Shown one piece after another: positions 21,832-31,752 of a stretch of 64,000 nt of DNA (its first letter is position 1; each line of letters begins with the position of its first letter). Below the pieces are notes generated by a model. It ran no database searches, had not been told where the DNA came from, and worked only from the letters and a program-made list of their open reading frames with translations. Source of the stretch: Dehalococcoidia bacterium (GTDB lineage Bacteria > Chloroflexota > Dehalococcoidia > UBA2979). Location of the stretch: the NCBI GenBank assembly GCA_964291495.2, contig OZ219874.1, positions 47,440 through 111,439 of the forward strand, given 5' to 3'. The translations under genes and the position numbers were made by a program.

Positions 21832-24165
21832 TCAGCGGCAGATTACCGCGAACGCGTAGCCGCGGCCCGTGAGGCCCTCGATCACGGTCTCGAGGGCGGC
21901 GACGGTCTGCGAGCGCTCGCCGCCCCCATCGTGCATCAGGATGATCGCGCCGGGTCGCACGTTGGCGAGGATGTGCGAGGCGATCTGCTCCGCCCCCGGC
22001 CGCCGCCAGTCCTGCGGGTCGATCGACCAGAGCACGATCGACTTGCCGAGCTCGGCGGCGGTGCGCACGGCGCGCTCGTTCGTCGCAGCGTACGGCGGGC
22101 GCAGGCACTCGATCGGATCGACGCTCGTCCCCGCGACGGCGTGGAGGGCGTCATCAGTGCTCGTCACCTGCGCGACGATGTCCTCGCGGTCCGCCTTGCT
22201 CAGCCAGATGTGGTCGAAGGTGTGGTTCTCGGCCTCGTGCCCGGCCTCGACCATGCGCTCGATGATCGACGGGAACCTCGAGACGTTGGAGCCGAGCACG
22301 AAGAAGGTCGCCGTCACCCGGTAGCGATCGAGGACGTCGAGCACCGCGGGCGTCCATGTCGGATGCGGTCCGTCGTCGAACGTCAGGTAAGCCAGCGGCG
22401 CGCCCGCCTGGTTGTGCGCCGGCGGGTGCGCCGGATCCACCCGGTCCGGGGGCTCCTCGGCGGGTTCGGGCTGCTGCCAGGCGGCCTCGACGGCGTCCCA
22501 GGTCGCGCGGTCGACGACGCCCGTCGGTTCGAGGTCGGCACGGAGTTGGATGCGGATCACGGCCTCGCGCGTCGCCGTGTCGTAGACGTCGTAGTAGCGG
22601 CCGGGGTAGAGGAAGCCAAGCCCCCGCACGCGCGCGAGCCGCTGGTGCAGCGCGCGCACGGCGCGCCCGCGATCGCCCGCGCCGAGCGTGTTGCCTTCGG
22701 CGAAGCGCTCCGGCGATGGCGCGGGCAGCAGCTCGTCGGCCCCCGGGGCCTCGGGGTGCACGCCCGGCGCGCGCTCGGCGGACTCGAGGAACCCCGCCAG
22801 CTCGTGCAGATAGTCGTCATCGGGGGAGAGTTCGATCGCCTGTGCGACCGCCTGACGTGCCCGGTCCAGCTGGTCCGGCGAGGCGAGCGCGAAGCCGAGG
22901 GCGCGGATCACGTGAATCGCCGCGTCGTCGGGCCGATGCTCGAGCGCGCGCTCGCTGTAGTCGAGGAGTGTGACGGCCATCGTCGTGAGGTCGTGCTCGG
23001 CGGCCGTGTCGATGATGAGCGGTCCGTCGAGGGCGAACGCCTCGGCGGGTGGGTGTCCGCGTTTCAGATCGAGCGCCGCCGCGTACTCCCCGGCGAGCAC
23101 GTGGGTGAGCAGGGGTTGCCCCGGCGATCCCGCGTGCCCGAGGCGCGCTGCCGCCAGCTGGTTCACGAGGATCGAGAGCCAGCGCAGCCCGTCGTGACCG
23201 GGAACCTCGCCGGCCGCGTGCACGGCTCGCGCCGCGGCCTCACGCCAGAGGTGGGCCTCCGCGAGCGCCACGACGAGCGCCGCGTCGGCCGTGGCATCCG
23301 GGGGAAGGCCTGAGGGAACCGCGAGTTCCACCGGGCTCATGTCGCTGCCGTCCCAGCGGTAGATCCGGAGCCCGTGCTCCTCGACGGCGCAGGCGTAGCA
23401 GAAGACGTAGGGGTTCGAGTCGTTCAGTACGAACTCGTGCAGGCCGTCGCCGTCGAGGTCGACGATCTCGCCGGCGTTCGGCCGCGAGCTGATGTGCGAG
23501 AGCGCCGTGGAGAGGCGGGCGCCGTCGAAGTGGATGACGTCGAACGTCCCGGCGTGCGCCCCCGTCGGCCCGCGGATGACGATCCAGGCGCTGCCGGGTG
23601 CCGCATCGATCGTGACGAGCTCGACCTGCTCCGTGCGCTGAGGCGCGGTGTCGATCTCGATGCGGTCGATCTCCTCGGACCACGTTCCGTCGTCGTTGAG
23701 GCGGTAGACGGCGACGATGTGGAAGAAGTTGATCGGGTCGCCGTCGTCGTTCCGGTAGAACGGCTGCGGCCCGTTCGTGACCACGGCCCAGTACGCGCCG
23801 TCCGCATCGGCCACCGCGAGGTCCAGGGCGCGAGCCGTGAGCTCGTTCTCGCCGAACTCCTCGGCGATCGCTGCGAGCAAGATCGAGGCAACTTCCGCTG
23901 CGCGCTCCTCGGCGCTGGGTGTCGGCTCCGGCGCGGGAGTCGGTGCGGGCGTCGCGGTGGGCGTCGGCGTGGCTGTCGAGGTTGGCGTCGGTGTCGGCGG
24001 GGGACTGGCTGCGGGGGTTGCGGTCGGGCTCGGCGCGCTCGTCGGCGAAGGCGCCGACGTTGCGACGGTCACGGGTGCGGGGCCAGAGTCCTCGCCGCTC
24101 TCGCAGCCGGCAAGGGCAGTCCCTGCCAGCAGCAGCGCGGCAGCGAGGGCAGTCCGGGCGTTCAT
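21832..24165 (-). CDS. Lipoprotein with peptidoglycan-binding-like domain and C-terminal polysaccharide deacetylase (NodB) domain
   Basis: 777 aa. Lipobox LLLAGTALAGC, then a Thr/Pro linker. PG-binding-like GDRGRAVRALHQRLARVRGLGF..TREAVIRIQ. NodB-like YLTFDDGPHPTWTP..ATFFVLG..HEAENHTFDH..RPPY..DPQDW. Confidence 0.8.
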   Translation of the reverse strand: MNARTALAAALLLAGTALAGCESGEDSGPAPVTVATSAPSPTSAPSPTATPAASPPPTPTPTSTATPTPTATPAPTPAPEPTPSAEERAAEVASILLAAIAEEFGENELTARALDLAVADADGAYWAVVTNGPQPFYRNDDGDPINFFHIVAVYRLNDDGTWSEEIDRIEIDTAPQRTEQVELVTIDAAPGSAWIVIRGPTGAHAGTFDVIHFDGARLSTALSHISSRPNAGEIVDLDGDGLHEFVLNDSNPYVFCYACAVEEHGLRIYRWDGSDMSPVELAVPSGLPPDATADAALVVALAEAHLWREAAARAVHAAGEVPGHDGLRWLSILVNQLAAARLGHAGSPGQPLLTHVLAGEYAAALDLKRGHPPAEAFALDGPLIIDTAAEHDLTTMAVTLLDYSERALEHRPDDAAIHVIRALGFALASPDQLDRARQAVAQAIELSPDDDYLHELAGFLESAERAPGVHPEAPGADELLPAPSPERFAEGNTLGAGDRGRAVRALHQRLARVRGLGFLYPGRYYDVYDTATREAVIRIQLRADLEPTGVVDRATWDAVEAAWQQPEPAEEPPDRVDPAHPPAHNQAGAPLAYLTFDDGPHPTWTPAVLDVLDRYRVTATFFVLGSNVSRFPSIIERMVEAGHEAENHTFDHIWLSKADREDIVAQVTSTDDALHAVAGTSVDPIECLRPPYAATNERAVRTAAELGKSIVLWSIDPQDWRRPGAEQIASHILANVRPGAIILMHDGGGERSQTVAALETVIEGLTGRGYAFAVICR

Positions 24166-24190
24166 CGGGTCGAACCTAGCACGCGAACGC

Positions 24191-24196
24191 TACTAT
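24191..24196 (+). promoter_or_regulatory. -10-like hexamer TACTAT, 6 nt before ATG (leaderless-type)
   Basis: tactat-cggtgc-ATG(24203). Confidence 0.35.
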
Positions 24197-24202
24197 CGGT
24201 GC

Positions 24203-25069
24203 ATGACGCCGCCCGCGCGGATCGAGGTTGAGGAGACGCCTGCACGCAGGCTGCTGACGCCCACCGGCGGCTACCTCGCCGCCTTCTCGCACACGCTCAA
24301 TCCGTACGCGGGCTGCGCCTTCGGCGACCGCGGCTGCGGCGTCTACTGCTACGTCGCCGAGTCACCGATCGGGCGCTTCGCCGGGCGCCCGTGGGGCCGC
24401 TGGCTGCGCGTCAAGACGAACGCTGCCGAGGCGCTGCGGCGCGAGCTGCAGCGGCAGCCGCGCCTCGAGGACGTGCGCATCTTCATGAGCTCGGCGACCG
24501 ACCCCTACCAGCCCGCCGAGTCGCGCTACCGCATCACCCGCTCGATCCTCGAGGTCTTCCGCGAGTTCCCGGTCGGCCTGCTGCTGCTGCAGACACGCTC
24601 CCCGCTCGTCGAGCGTGATCTGGATCTGCTTGCCGGGCTGCCGTTCGCCTGGCTCTCGATGACCGTCGAGACGGACGACGACGCGGTGCGGCGCGCCCTC
24701 ACGCCGACCTGCCCGAGCATCGAGCGGCGCTTCGCGGCGATGCGGCGGGCGCGGCAGCTCGGCGTCGCCGTGCAGGCGGCGGTCAGCCCCGTGCTGCCGC
24801 ACGACCGCGAGCGCCTCGCCGAGCTGATGGCCGCGGCCGCCGACCGCGTCGTCGTCGATACCTTCACGGGCGACGGTGCGGCCGGACGGCGCACGGCGGC
24901 GCGGCCCCTCCCCGCCCGCTTCGCCGACCTCGGCTACGGCGATTGGCGCGACGAGCGGTCGGCCCGGGCGCTCTACGAGGAGCTGCGGTCGCGACTCGGT
25001 CCCGAGCGCGTCGGCTGGTCTGTCGAGGGCTTCAACAAGCTGGCGAAGCCCGTCGCGGCGGGCGTGTAG
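24203..25069 (+). CDS. Radical SAM protein, SplB-like (DNA repair photolyase family, COG1533-like)
   Basis: ATG 24203, 288 aa. NPYAGCAFGDRGCGVYCYV cysteine cluster; ..IFMSSATDPYQPAE.. The upstream part of ORF 23777..25069 overlaps the minus-strand lipoprotein gene. Confidence 0.7.
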   Translation: MTPPARIEVEETPARRLLTPTGGYLAAFSHTLNPYAGCAFGDRGCGVYCYVAESPIGRFAGRPWGRWLRVKTNAAEALRRELQRQPRLEDVRIFMSSATDPYQPAESRYRITRSILEVFREFPVGLLLLQTRSPLVERDLDLLAGLPFAWLSMTVETDDDAVRRALTPTCPSIERRFAAMRRARQLGVAVQAAVSPVLPHDRERLAELMAAAADRVVVDTFTGDGAAGRRTAARPLPARFADLGYGDWRDERSARALYEELRSRLGPERVGWSVEGFNKLAKPVAAGV

Positions 25070-25090
25070 TTATGTCACTTATGTGGAGAA

Positions 25091-25493
25091 AGCGGCCAGG
25101 GGGCCTGTAAGCCGAATTCTGTACCGCCCTCGCAACGAGGGCGGCGACGGCCATCCATCTAGGACGGCGGTTGCCCGCCGCCTCCAGCGGCCTACCCGGG
25201 AGCGGAGCCGGACGCCCCTGCCGTGCAAGGCACGGCGCGCTCCCCTATTTGGCCTTGCTCCGGGCGGGGTTTGCCCGGCCGCCCCGTCTCCGGGACGCCG
25301 GTGCGCTCTTACCGCACCATTTCACCCTTACCGCCGGAGCCGAGGCCCGCGACGGCGGTATGTTTCTGTGGCACTTTCCGTCGGCTCGCGCCGCCCGGCC
25401 GTTAGCCGGCGCCCTGTCCGGAGGAGTTCGGACTTTCCTCCCGCGGCTCGCCCGAGGGCGTTCCGCCGGCGGCCGTCCGGCCCCCTGGCCACC
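25091..25493 (-). ncRNA. rnpB: RNase P RNA, bacterial type A
   Basis: The minus strand contains GGGAGGAAAGTCCGAACTCC, GGTAAGGGTGAAATGGTGCGGTAAGAGCGCACC, CCCGGAGCAAGGCCAAATAGGGGAG and ACAGAATTCGGCTTACAGG. P1 is formed by GGCCAGGGGGCC (5') and GGCCCCCTGGCC (3'). Ends are approximate to within a few nt. Confidence 0.92.
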
Positions 25494-25500
25494 GTCGATC

Positions 25501-26580
25501 CTACTCCCCGGCGCCCGCCGACCGCGACATCACGTGCAGATCGTCCGCCGGCAGCTCCACCACCCAGCGCTCCCGGCTCGCCACGCCGAGGATCTCGTAC
25601 GGCCTCGAGGCCACCTCGACGGCGATCGGCGGGCCAGCGCCCTCTGGCTTGAGGTGCAGCGTGTGCGTGTTGCCGAACGCGAGCTCGTCGACGACGCGCG
25701 CGACGAAGCAGTTCTCCGGCAAGCCCCCGTCCGGATCAAGCCGGCGCAGCACCACGCGCTCGGCGCGGATCGCGACGTCGACCGCCTCCGCCTCGGCCGT
25801 TTCCGGCGGCAGCGCGGCGCGCAGCGGCAGGCCGGAGACGACCACGCCGTCACCGCGGCGCTCCCCCTCGAAGATGTTGGAGAAGCCGGTCAGCTCCGCG
25901 ACGAGCCGCGAGGCGGGCCGCCGGAACACCTCGTCGCGCGGGCCAAACTGCAGCACCCGTCCCTCGTCGAGGACGGCGATGCGGTCGGCGAGCAGATGCG
26001 CCTCGCGCAGGTCGTGCGTCACAAAGACGATCGAGAGCCGCATCTCGCGGCGCAGGCGCAGCAGCTCCGCCCGCAGGTCGGCGCGCAGCGCCTCGTCGAG
26101 TGCCGAGAACGGCTCGTCGAGCAGCAGCACGTCGGCATGGCGCACGAGCGCCCGCGCGAGGGAGGCCCGCTGCTGCTGTCCGCCCGAGAGCTGGTGCGGC
26201 CGCCGGCCGTCGAGCCCCTCGATCGAGAGCAGGCGCAGCAGCTCCTCGTAGCGCCCGGGCGCGTCGACATCGCGTTCGAGCCCGATCAGCACGTTGCGGC
26301 GCAGATCGAGGTGCGGGAACAGCGTCGGCTCCTGCACGACGTAGCCGCTGCGCCGCTCCTGCGGCGGGAGATCGACGCCCGCCTCCGCGTCGAAGACGGT
26401 GCGCCCGCCGATCTCGATGCGGCCGCCGCGAGGCCGCAGCAGGCCCGCGATCGCACGCAGCGTCAGGCTCTTGCCGGAGCCCGAGCGTCCGTAGAGCACC
26501 ACCAGCTCGTCGTCGGCCTCGAGGGCGACCGCGAGGTCGAAGTCGCCGACGCGCGCCTCGAAGCGCGCGCGCAGCGTCAT
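25501..26580 (-). CDS. modC: Molybdate ABC transporter ATP-binding protein
   Basis: MTLRARFEARVGDFDL..GRSGSGKSLTLRAIAGL..LSGGQQQRASLARAL..LLLDEPFSALD, plus a C-terminal TOBE-like region. ATGA overlap with modB. Confidence 0.85.
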   Translation of the reverse strand: MTLRARFEARVGDFDLAVALEADDELVVLYGRSGSGKSLTLRAIAGLLRPRGGRIEIGGRTVFDAEAGVDLPPQERRSGYVVQEPTLFPHLDLRRNVLIGLERDVDAPGRYEELLRLLSIEGLDGRRPHQLSGGQQQRASLARALVRHADVLLLDEPFSALDEALRADLRAELLRLRREMRLSIVFVTHDLREAHLLADRIAVLDEGRVLQFGPRDEVFRRPASRLVAELTGFSNIFEGERRGDGVVVSGLPLRAALPPETAEAEAVDVAIRAERVVLRRLDPDGGLPENCFVARVVDELAFGNTHTLHLKPEGAGPPIAVEVASRPYEILGVASRERWVVELPADDLHVMSRSAGAGE

Positions 26581-27374
26581 CGGTACGCCCCCGCCGTCGC
26601 GGTCACGCGGTGCAGCGCGATCAGCAGCACGGCCGCGAAGCCGAGCAGCACGACCGAGAGCGAGACGGCGCCCGCGATGCCGGCCTCGGACTCGAAGGCG
26701 GCGAGGATGGCGAGCGGCATCGTCTGCGTCTTGCCCGGCAGCGAGCCCGCGAAGAGCAGCGTCGCACCCAGCTCGCCGAGCGCGCGCGCCCAGCAGAGCA
26801 CCGCGCCGCCGGCCAGCGAGGGCCAGACGAGCGGCAGCGTCACGCTGCGGAAGGTGCGCCAGCGCGAGAGTCCGAGGGTGTAGGCGACACCCTCGAAGCG
26901 CGGGTCGGCGCCGCTGAAGCCGGCGTAGGCGGAGCGCACGTAGAACGGCGCGGAGACGAAGAGCTGCGCCAGCACCACCGCCGCGGTAGTGAAGGAGAGC
27001 GAGAGGCCGACTCCGCCGAGCGTCTCGCCGAGGTAGCCGCTGCGCCCGAACGCGGAGAGCAGCGCGATGCCCGCGACCGTCGGCGGCAGCACCAGCGGCA
27101 GATCGAGCAGCGCCGCGGCAAGGCGGGCCGCCCTCGCGCGGCTGCGTGCGAGCAGCCAGGCGAGCGGTGTGCCGAGCAGCACGGTGATCGCGAGGCTGAT
27201 CGTGGCGGTGACCAGCGAGAGGCGCAGCGCGTCCCAGGTCGCCCCCGAACCGAGCTCGGCGGCGACGTCTCCGTCGCTCAGCGCGCGCCAGACGAGGCCG
27301 GCCAACGGCAGAAGCAGCAGCAGCGCGAGCAGGGCCGCCGCCACGGCCAGCGCGATCGAGACGCCGCGGCTCAT
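26577..27374 (-). CDS. modB: Molybdate ABC transporter permease
   Basis: MSRGVSIALAVAAALL..LPLVLPPTVAGIALL..RFEGVAYTLGLSRWRTFRSVTLPL.. ATG at 27374; multiple TM segments. Confidence 0.85.
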   Translation of the reverse strand: MSRGVSIALAVAAALLALLLLLPLAGLVWRALSDGDVAAELGSGATWDALRLSLVTATISLAITVLLGTPLAWLLARSRARAARLAAALLDLPLVLPPTVAGIALLSAFGRSGYLGETLGGVGLSLSFTTAAVVLAQLFVSAPFYVRSAYAGFSGADPRFEGVAYTLGLSRWRTFRSVTLPLVWPSLAGGAVLCWARALGELGATLLFAGSLPGKTQTMPLAILAAFESEAGIAGAVSLSVVLLGFAAVLLIALHRVTATAGAYR

Positions 27375-28186
27375 CGCGCCTGCACCCCGGCGACGCTGGG
27401 CAGGAACCCATAGAGGCCGAAGATCGCCTGCGCGTTCGGTGACAGCAGCCAGGCGAGCAGTTCCTCGGCCGCCGGGTCGGCGTCCTCGATCAGCACTGCC
27501 ACGTACTCGTTCGGCGGGGTCTGCGGCGGCAGGAGGATCGCGCGCAGACCGTCGCTGACGGCGACGTCCGAGGCGTAGACGAAGGCCGCGTCGGCCTCGC
27601 CCAGCTCGATCCGCGAGAGCACGATCCGCACGCTTGGGTCCTCCGTCGCGATCTTGTCGCGCAACGCTTGCGCGGTCTCCGGCTGCTGCTGCGCGACCCA
27701 CGCGAGGGCGATCCGCGAGAGCAGGCCCACAGGCACCGAGGGCGCGCCGACGGCGATCCGCACGTCCGCCAGCGCGAGATCGCGCAGGCTGCGCCACGGC
27801 GCATCCTCGGGAACGGCGACGACGAGCAGGTTCGCCGTCACCACCGTGGGCCGTGAGGCGAGGCCGGCGTCGAGCAGGCGCGCCGCCTGCAGCGGATTGG
27901 CGGAGATGAAGAGATCGTCGCCCGCTCCTTCCGCGATCTGGGAGGCGAGCACCTGCGAGCCGGCGAAGCGCAACTCGACCTCGACGCCGGGGTAGGCGCG
28001 CTCGAAGCCCTCGACGATGTCGGGCAGGACGTGGCGCAACGAGGACGCCGCGGCGATCGTGACGGTCGGCTCACGGTCGCCGTTCCCGCAGCCGCCGAGC
28101 AGCAGCGCGAGGACAGCGAGGAGCGCGAGCGCCGGGAAGAAAGCGCGGAGGCGCCGTGATGGCGAGAGTCGGCAGGCCGCGCGCAT
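27371..28186 (-). CDS. modA: Molybdate ABC transporter substrate-binding lipoprotein
   Basis: Lipobox LLLGGC. TIAAASSLRHVLPDIVEGFERAYPGVEVELRFAGSQVLASQIAEGAGDDLFISAN is a ModA-like pattern. Confidence 0.85.
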   Translation of the reverse strand: MRAACRLSPSRRLRAFFPALALLAVLALLLGGCGNGDREPTVTIAAASSLRHVLPDIVEGFERAYPGVEVELRFAGSQVLASQIAEGAGDDLFISANPLQAARLLDAGLASRPTVVTANLLVVAVPEDAPWRSLRDLALADVRIAVGAPSVPVGLLSRIALAWVAQQQPETAQALRDKIATEDPSVRIVLSRIELGEADAAFVYASDVAVSDGLRAILLPPQTPPNEYVAVLIEDADPAAEELLAWLLSPNAQAIFGLYGFLPSVAGVQAR

Positions 28187-28342
28187 TCCGCCCAGGGCTC
28201 CCCGCAGTCCGCGCCGCCCTGCATGGTCTCAGAACGCCGCCGCGCCTCCGAGTATATTCCGCGGCGCACCCGGTGCTACGATCATCGCCTGCCCGCTACG
28301 TGGGCAGCGTCACTACAGCAGACACCGCCGCGGAGACCCGTC

Positions 28343-28897
28343 GTGCACTTCAACGTCGCCACGCTGCTGCAGGAACCGGTCGGAAGCCGCCGCGACGGAC
28401 ATCTCGATGGCGAGGCGATGCACGTGGCGGCGGTGGGCTGGACCGCTCTCGCGAGTGGCGAGGTGCGGCTGCTGCGCTCGACGCGCGGCGTGCTGGTGCA
28501 CGCACGCCTCGAGACGGCCCCGCTTGTCGAGTGTGCGCGTTGCCTCGAGCCGTTTCGGCAGGCGCTCTCGCTGACCATCGACGAGGAGTTCGTCGCACCG
28601 TACGACCTGCTGACCGGCGAGGCGGTGGAGACGATCGACGAGGACGACTTCCGGATCGACGAGCAGCACCATCTCGATCTCAGCGAGGCAGTCCGGCAGT
28701 ATGAACAGACGGCGATCCCGATCCAGCCGATCTGCCGTTCCGCCTGCGCCGGGCTGTGCGCGGAGTGCGGGAGCAATCGCAACCTCGCTTCCTGCGAGTG
28801 CGCGGAGGCAGTCGCGGCGGGCCCGTGGGACGCGCTGAGCGCGCTGAGCGAGCGGCTGCACGCCACGGAGGAGCACGATGGCGCTACCGAAACGTAG
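28343..28897 (+). CDS. YceD/DUF177 family protein (upstream of rpmF)
   Basis: GTG 28343. VHFNVATLLQEPVGSRRD..ECARCLEPF..CRSACAGLCAECGSNRN. It has the classic position preceding L32. Start uncertain. Confidence 0.75.
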   Translation: MHFNVATLLQEPVGSRRDGHLDGEAMHVAAVGWTALASGEVRLLRSTRGVLVHARLETAPLVECARCLEPFRQALSLTIDEEFVAPYDLLTGEAVETIDEDDFRIDEQHHLDLSEAVRQYEQTAIPIQPICRSACAGLCAECGSNRNLASCECAEAVAAGPWDALSALSERLHATEEHDGATET

Positions 28898-29087
28898 GAC
28901 CCCGAAGGCGAAGCAGCGGCAGCGGCGCAGCCACCACCGGATCAACACGCCGCACCTCGTGCGCTGCACGACCTGCAACTCCTGGCACGTCAGCCATCAC
29001 GTGTGCGAGGTTTGCGAGGTTGACTACAATGACGCCGCCGGAGCGGCCCCGGTCGCCGAGGCCGAAGACGCCGACGACGAGGAGTAG
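28878..29087 (+). CDS. rpmF: 50S ribosomal protein L32
   Basis: MALPKRRTPKAKQRQRRSHHRI..C..C..HHVC..C with an acidic tail. Confidence 0.9.
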   Translation: MALPKRRTPKAKQRQRRSHHRINTPHLVRCTTCNSWHVSHHVCEVCEVDYNDAAGAAPVAEAEDADDEE

Positions 29088-29147
29088 CCTCCAGCCGGAC
29101 TCCGCGCGGTTCGGCCCGAGGCACACCGAACAACCCGCGGAGCGCCG

Positions 29148-30110
29148 ATGACCCCCATCACCATCCCCGAACTGCCCGCCGCCTCCGACGCCGCCAGCGC
29201 CTGGCTCTTCCCCGGACAGGGCGCCCAGCACGTCGGCATGGGCCAGGACCTCGCCGAGGAGATCCCCGCCGCCCGCGCCGTCTTCGAGGCAGCCGACGAA
29301 GCGCTCGGCTTCTCGCTCTCCACGCTCTGCTTCGAGGGTCCCGAGGACGAACTGCTGCGCACGGTCAACACGCAGCCGGCGCTCGTCGCGCACGGCATCG
29401 CCGCGCTCGCGGCTGCGATCGACCAGGGCAGCATCAGCGAGGCGCCCACCCTCCTGGCCGGCCACTCGCTGGGCGAGTACGCCGCGCTGATCGCCGCGGG
29501 CGCGATCGGCTTCGAGGACGGCATCAGGCTGGTGCGCGAGCGCGGGCGGTTGATGCAAGAGGCGTGCGACGCGCAGGCCGGCACGATGGCAGCCATCCTC
29601 GGCCTCGATCGCGACACGCTGGAGCCGATCTGCGCCCACCACGGCGCCGCCGTCTGCAACGAGAACGCTGCCGGCAACATCAGCATCGGTGGGACCGCCG
29701 AGGCGGTCGCCGCCGCGAGCGAGGCGGCCACGGAGGCGGGCGCCTCGCGCGTGGTGCCGCTCAGGGTCGCCGGAGCCTTCCACACGCCGCTGATGGCGAG
29801 CGCCGCCGAGGGCATGGCCTCCGTCCTCGATGCCGCGCCCTTCACGGACCCCGGGACGCCGGTCGTCTCAAACGTGACGGCGCAGCCGCTCACGGCGGGT
29901 GACGCCCTCGCCGGCGAGCTGCGCGACCAGATCACGAGCCCCGTGCTCTGGCTGGACTCGCTGCGCACGATGCTCGGCGCGGGTGTGAGCTCGTTCGTGG
30001 AGTTCGGGCCGGGCCGGGTGCTGACCGGGACCGTCGGCCGGACCGATCGTTCGGCCGCCGTGCGGAACGTCGCGACGGCCTCCGACGCGCGCGGCGGGGA
30101 CGAGGAGTAG
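29148..30110 (+). CDS. fabD: Malonyl-CoA:ACP transacylase
   Basis: LFPGQGAQHVGMG..NTQPALVAHGIAA..AGHSLGEYAALIAAGAI..GAFHTPLM. Confidence 0.9.
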   Translation: MTPITIPELPAASDAASAWLFPGQGAQHVGMGQDLAEEIPAARAVFEAADEALGFSLSTLCFEGPEDELLRTVNTQPALVAHGIAALAAAIDQGSISEAPTLLAGHSLGEYAALIAAGAIGFEDGIRLVRERGRLMQEACDAQAGTMAAILGLDRDTLEPICAHHGAAVCNENAAGNISIGGTAEAVAAASEAATEAGASRVVPLRVAGAFHTPLMASAAEGMASVLDAAPFTDPGTPVVSNVTAQPLTAGDALAGELRDQITSPVLWLDSLRTMLGAGVSSFVEFGPGRVLTGTVGRTDRSAAVRNVATASDARGGDEE

Positions 30111-30114
30111 CAGC

Positions 30115-30882
30115 ATGGTCGCCCAGGCGAGCGCGAGGCCGTTGCTGGGACGTAACGCAGCCGTCACCGGCGGCGCGCGCGGCATCGGCCGGGCGATCGC
30201 GATGGAACTGGGCCGCCAGGGCGCCAACGTGATCATCACCTACCGGCGCGAGGAGCACCTCGCGAGCGCCGTGGCCGGCGACATCCGGGCGCTCGGCGTG
30301 AGCTGCAACGCCGTGCACGTGGACGTGCGCAACCAGGACGATCTCGAGGCGTTGTTCGAGGAGGGACGGCAGCGCTACGGCAAGATCGACATCCTCGTCA
30401 ACAACGCCGGCGTCACCGAGGACGGCCTCGTCGTGCGCATGAGCGACGACTCATGGGATCGCGTCATCGAGACGAACCTGCGCGGGGCCTTCCTCGCGAC
30501 GCGGCTGGCGCTGCGCCAGATGACGCGGGCGCGCTGGGGCCGGGTGATCAACATCACCTCCGTCTCCGGGATCATGGGCAACGCCGGGCAGGCCAACTAC
30601 GCCGCCGCCAAGGCGGGCATGATCGGCTTCACGCGCGCCGTGGCTCGCGAGGTCGCCTCGCGCCAGGTCACGGTCAACGCGGTCGCCCCCGGCTTCGTGC
30701 ACACGGACCTCACGGCAGGGCTCAGCGACAACCAGAAGCAGGCGATCCTCGACTTGATTCCGCTCGGTCGCCACGCCGAGCCCGAGGACATCGCCCCGCT
30801 CGTCGCCTTCCTCGCCTCGGACGCCGCGGGCTACATCACCGGCCAGACGCTGCACGTCGACGGCGGCCTGGTGATGCAGTAG
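30115..30882 (+). CDS. fabG: 3-oxoacyl-ACP reductase
   Basis: VTGGARGIGRAIA..LVNNAGVT..NITSVSG..YAAAKAGMIGFTRAVA..ITGQTLHVDGG. Confidence 0.85.
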   Translation: MVAQASARPLLGRNAAVTGGARGIGRAIAMELGRQGANVIITYRREEHLASAVAGDIRALGVSCNAVHVDVRNQDDLEALFEEGRQRYGKIDILVNNAGVTEDGLVVRMSDDSWDRVIETNLRGAFLATRLALRQMTRARWGRVINITSVSGIMGNAGQANYAAAKAGMIGFTRAVAREVASRQVTVNAVAPGFVHTDLTAGLSDNQKQAILDLIPLGRHAEPEDIAPLVAFLASDAAGYITGQTLHVDGGLVMQ

Positions 30883-30888
30883 CGGGCA

Positions 30889-31353
30889 ATGCCGCCCGGC
30901 TCGCGCCGCCGCTCCCGCATCGTCGCCTTCCAGGTGCTCTACGAGGCGGACCAGTCCGGCCACGACACGCAGCGCATCCTCGAACGGCAGCTCGACGAAT
31001 CGCGGCTCGCCGCGGAGGCCGCTGCCTTCACCCGCTCGCTCGTCGAGGGCGTCGAGGCGCACCGCGAGGCGCTGGACGAACGGATTGCCGCGCAGGCGCC
31101 GGCCTTCCCGCTCTCCTCGATGGCGCCGATCGACCGCAATCTGCTACGCCTTGCCCTCTTCGAGATATGCTTCGATAATCGCCGTGCTCCGCTGCCGGTC
31201 GTGATCAACGAGGCCGTGGAGCTGGCCAAGGGATACGGCTCGGAGTCATCCGGGCGCTTCGTCCACGGGGTGCTCGGAGCCATCGCAGCGGATGCTGCGG
31301 ACCACGAGGCGACGACCAACGAGCACGCCGGGCGCTCCGCCGGACCCGACTGA
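30889..31353 (+). CDS. nusB: Transcription antitermination factor NusB
   Basis: RRRSRIVAFQVLYEADQSG..MAPIDRNLLRLALFEI..PLPVVINEAVELAKGYGSESSGRFVHGVLGAI. Confidence 0.8.
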   Translation: MPPGSRRRSRIVAFQVLYEADQSGHDTQRILERQLDESRLAAEAAAFTRSLVEGVEAHREALDERIAAQAPAFPLSSMAPIDRNLLRLALFEICFDNRRAPLPVVINEAVELAKGYGSESSGRFVHGVLGAIAADAADHEATTNEHAGRSAGPD

Positions 31354-31389
31354 GCCGGCGCCCGCCCCCAGACCGAGAGGACCGCACCG

Positions 31390-31650
31390 GTGGCAACCAC
31401 GTACGAGCGCGTTCGCGCCCTGATCGTCGAGCAACTCGGCGTCGACGAGTCCCAGGTGACTCCCAACGCCTCCTTCGTCGATGACCTGAACGCCGACTCA
31501 CTCGACCTCGTCGAGCTGATCATGTCGATGGAGGAGGAGTTCTCCGCCGACGGCACGGACATCGAGATCTCCGACGAGGACGCCGAGAAGATCCAGAGCG
31601 TCCAGGACGCCCTCGACTACCTGCACGACCTCGGCATCGAGGACGACTAG
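31390..31650 (+). CDS. acpP: Acyl carrier protein
   Basis: GTG start. ..[23 protein letters not shown].. (DSLD phosphopantetheine site). Confidence 0.9.
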   Translation: MATTYERVRALIVEQLGVDESQVTPNASFVDDLNADSLDLVELIMSMEEEFSADGTDIEISDEDAEKIQSVQDALDYLHDLGIEDD

Positions 31651-31737
31651 CCCGCGCCGCCCGCGGGCGGCGTCCGCGCTGCGCAGCAGCCAAGGCCCGT
31701 CGGCGCGCCGCGGTAATCCGCGCGCGGCGGCACGGCG

Positions 31738-31743
31738 TACTAT
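31738..31743 (+). promoter_or_regulatory. -10-like hexamer TACTAT, 9 nt before ATG
   Basis: tactat-cctgtagac-ATG(31753). Confidence 0.35.
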
Positions 31744-31752
31744 CCTGTAGAC

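Noticed and set aside
21815-22108. N-terminal ~100 codons of ORF 19319..22108
   Set aside because: It overlaps the 3' end of the deacetylase lipoprotein gene. The CoA-transferase homology starts at ..TLACSGLRVLDF, just after GTG 21814/21805, which is preceded by GGGAGG.
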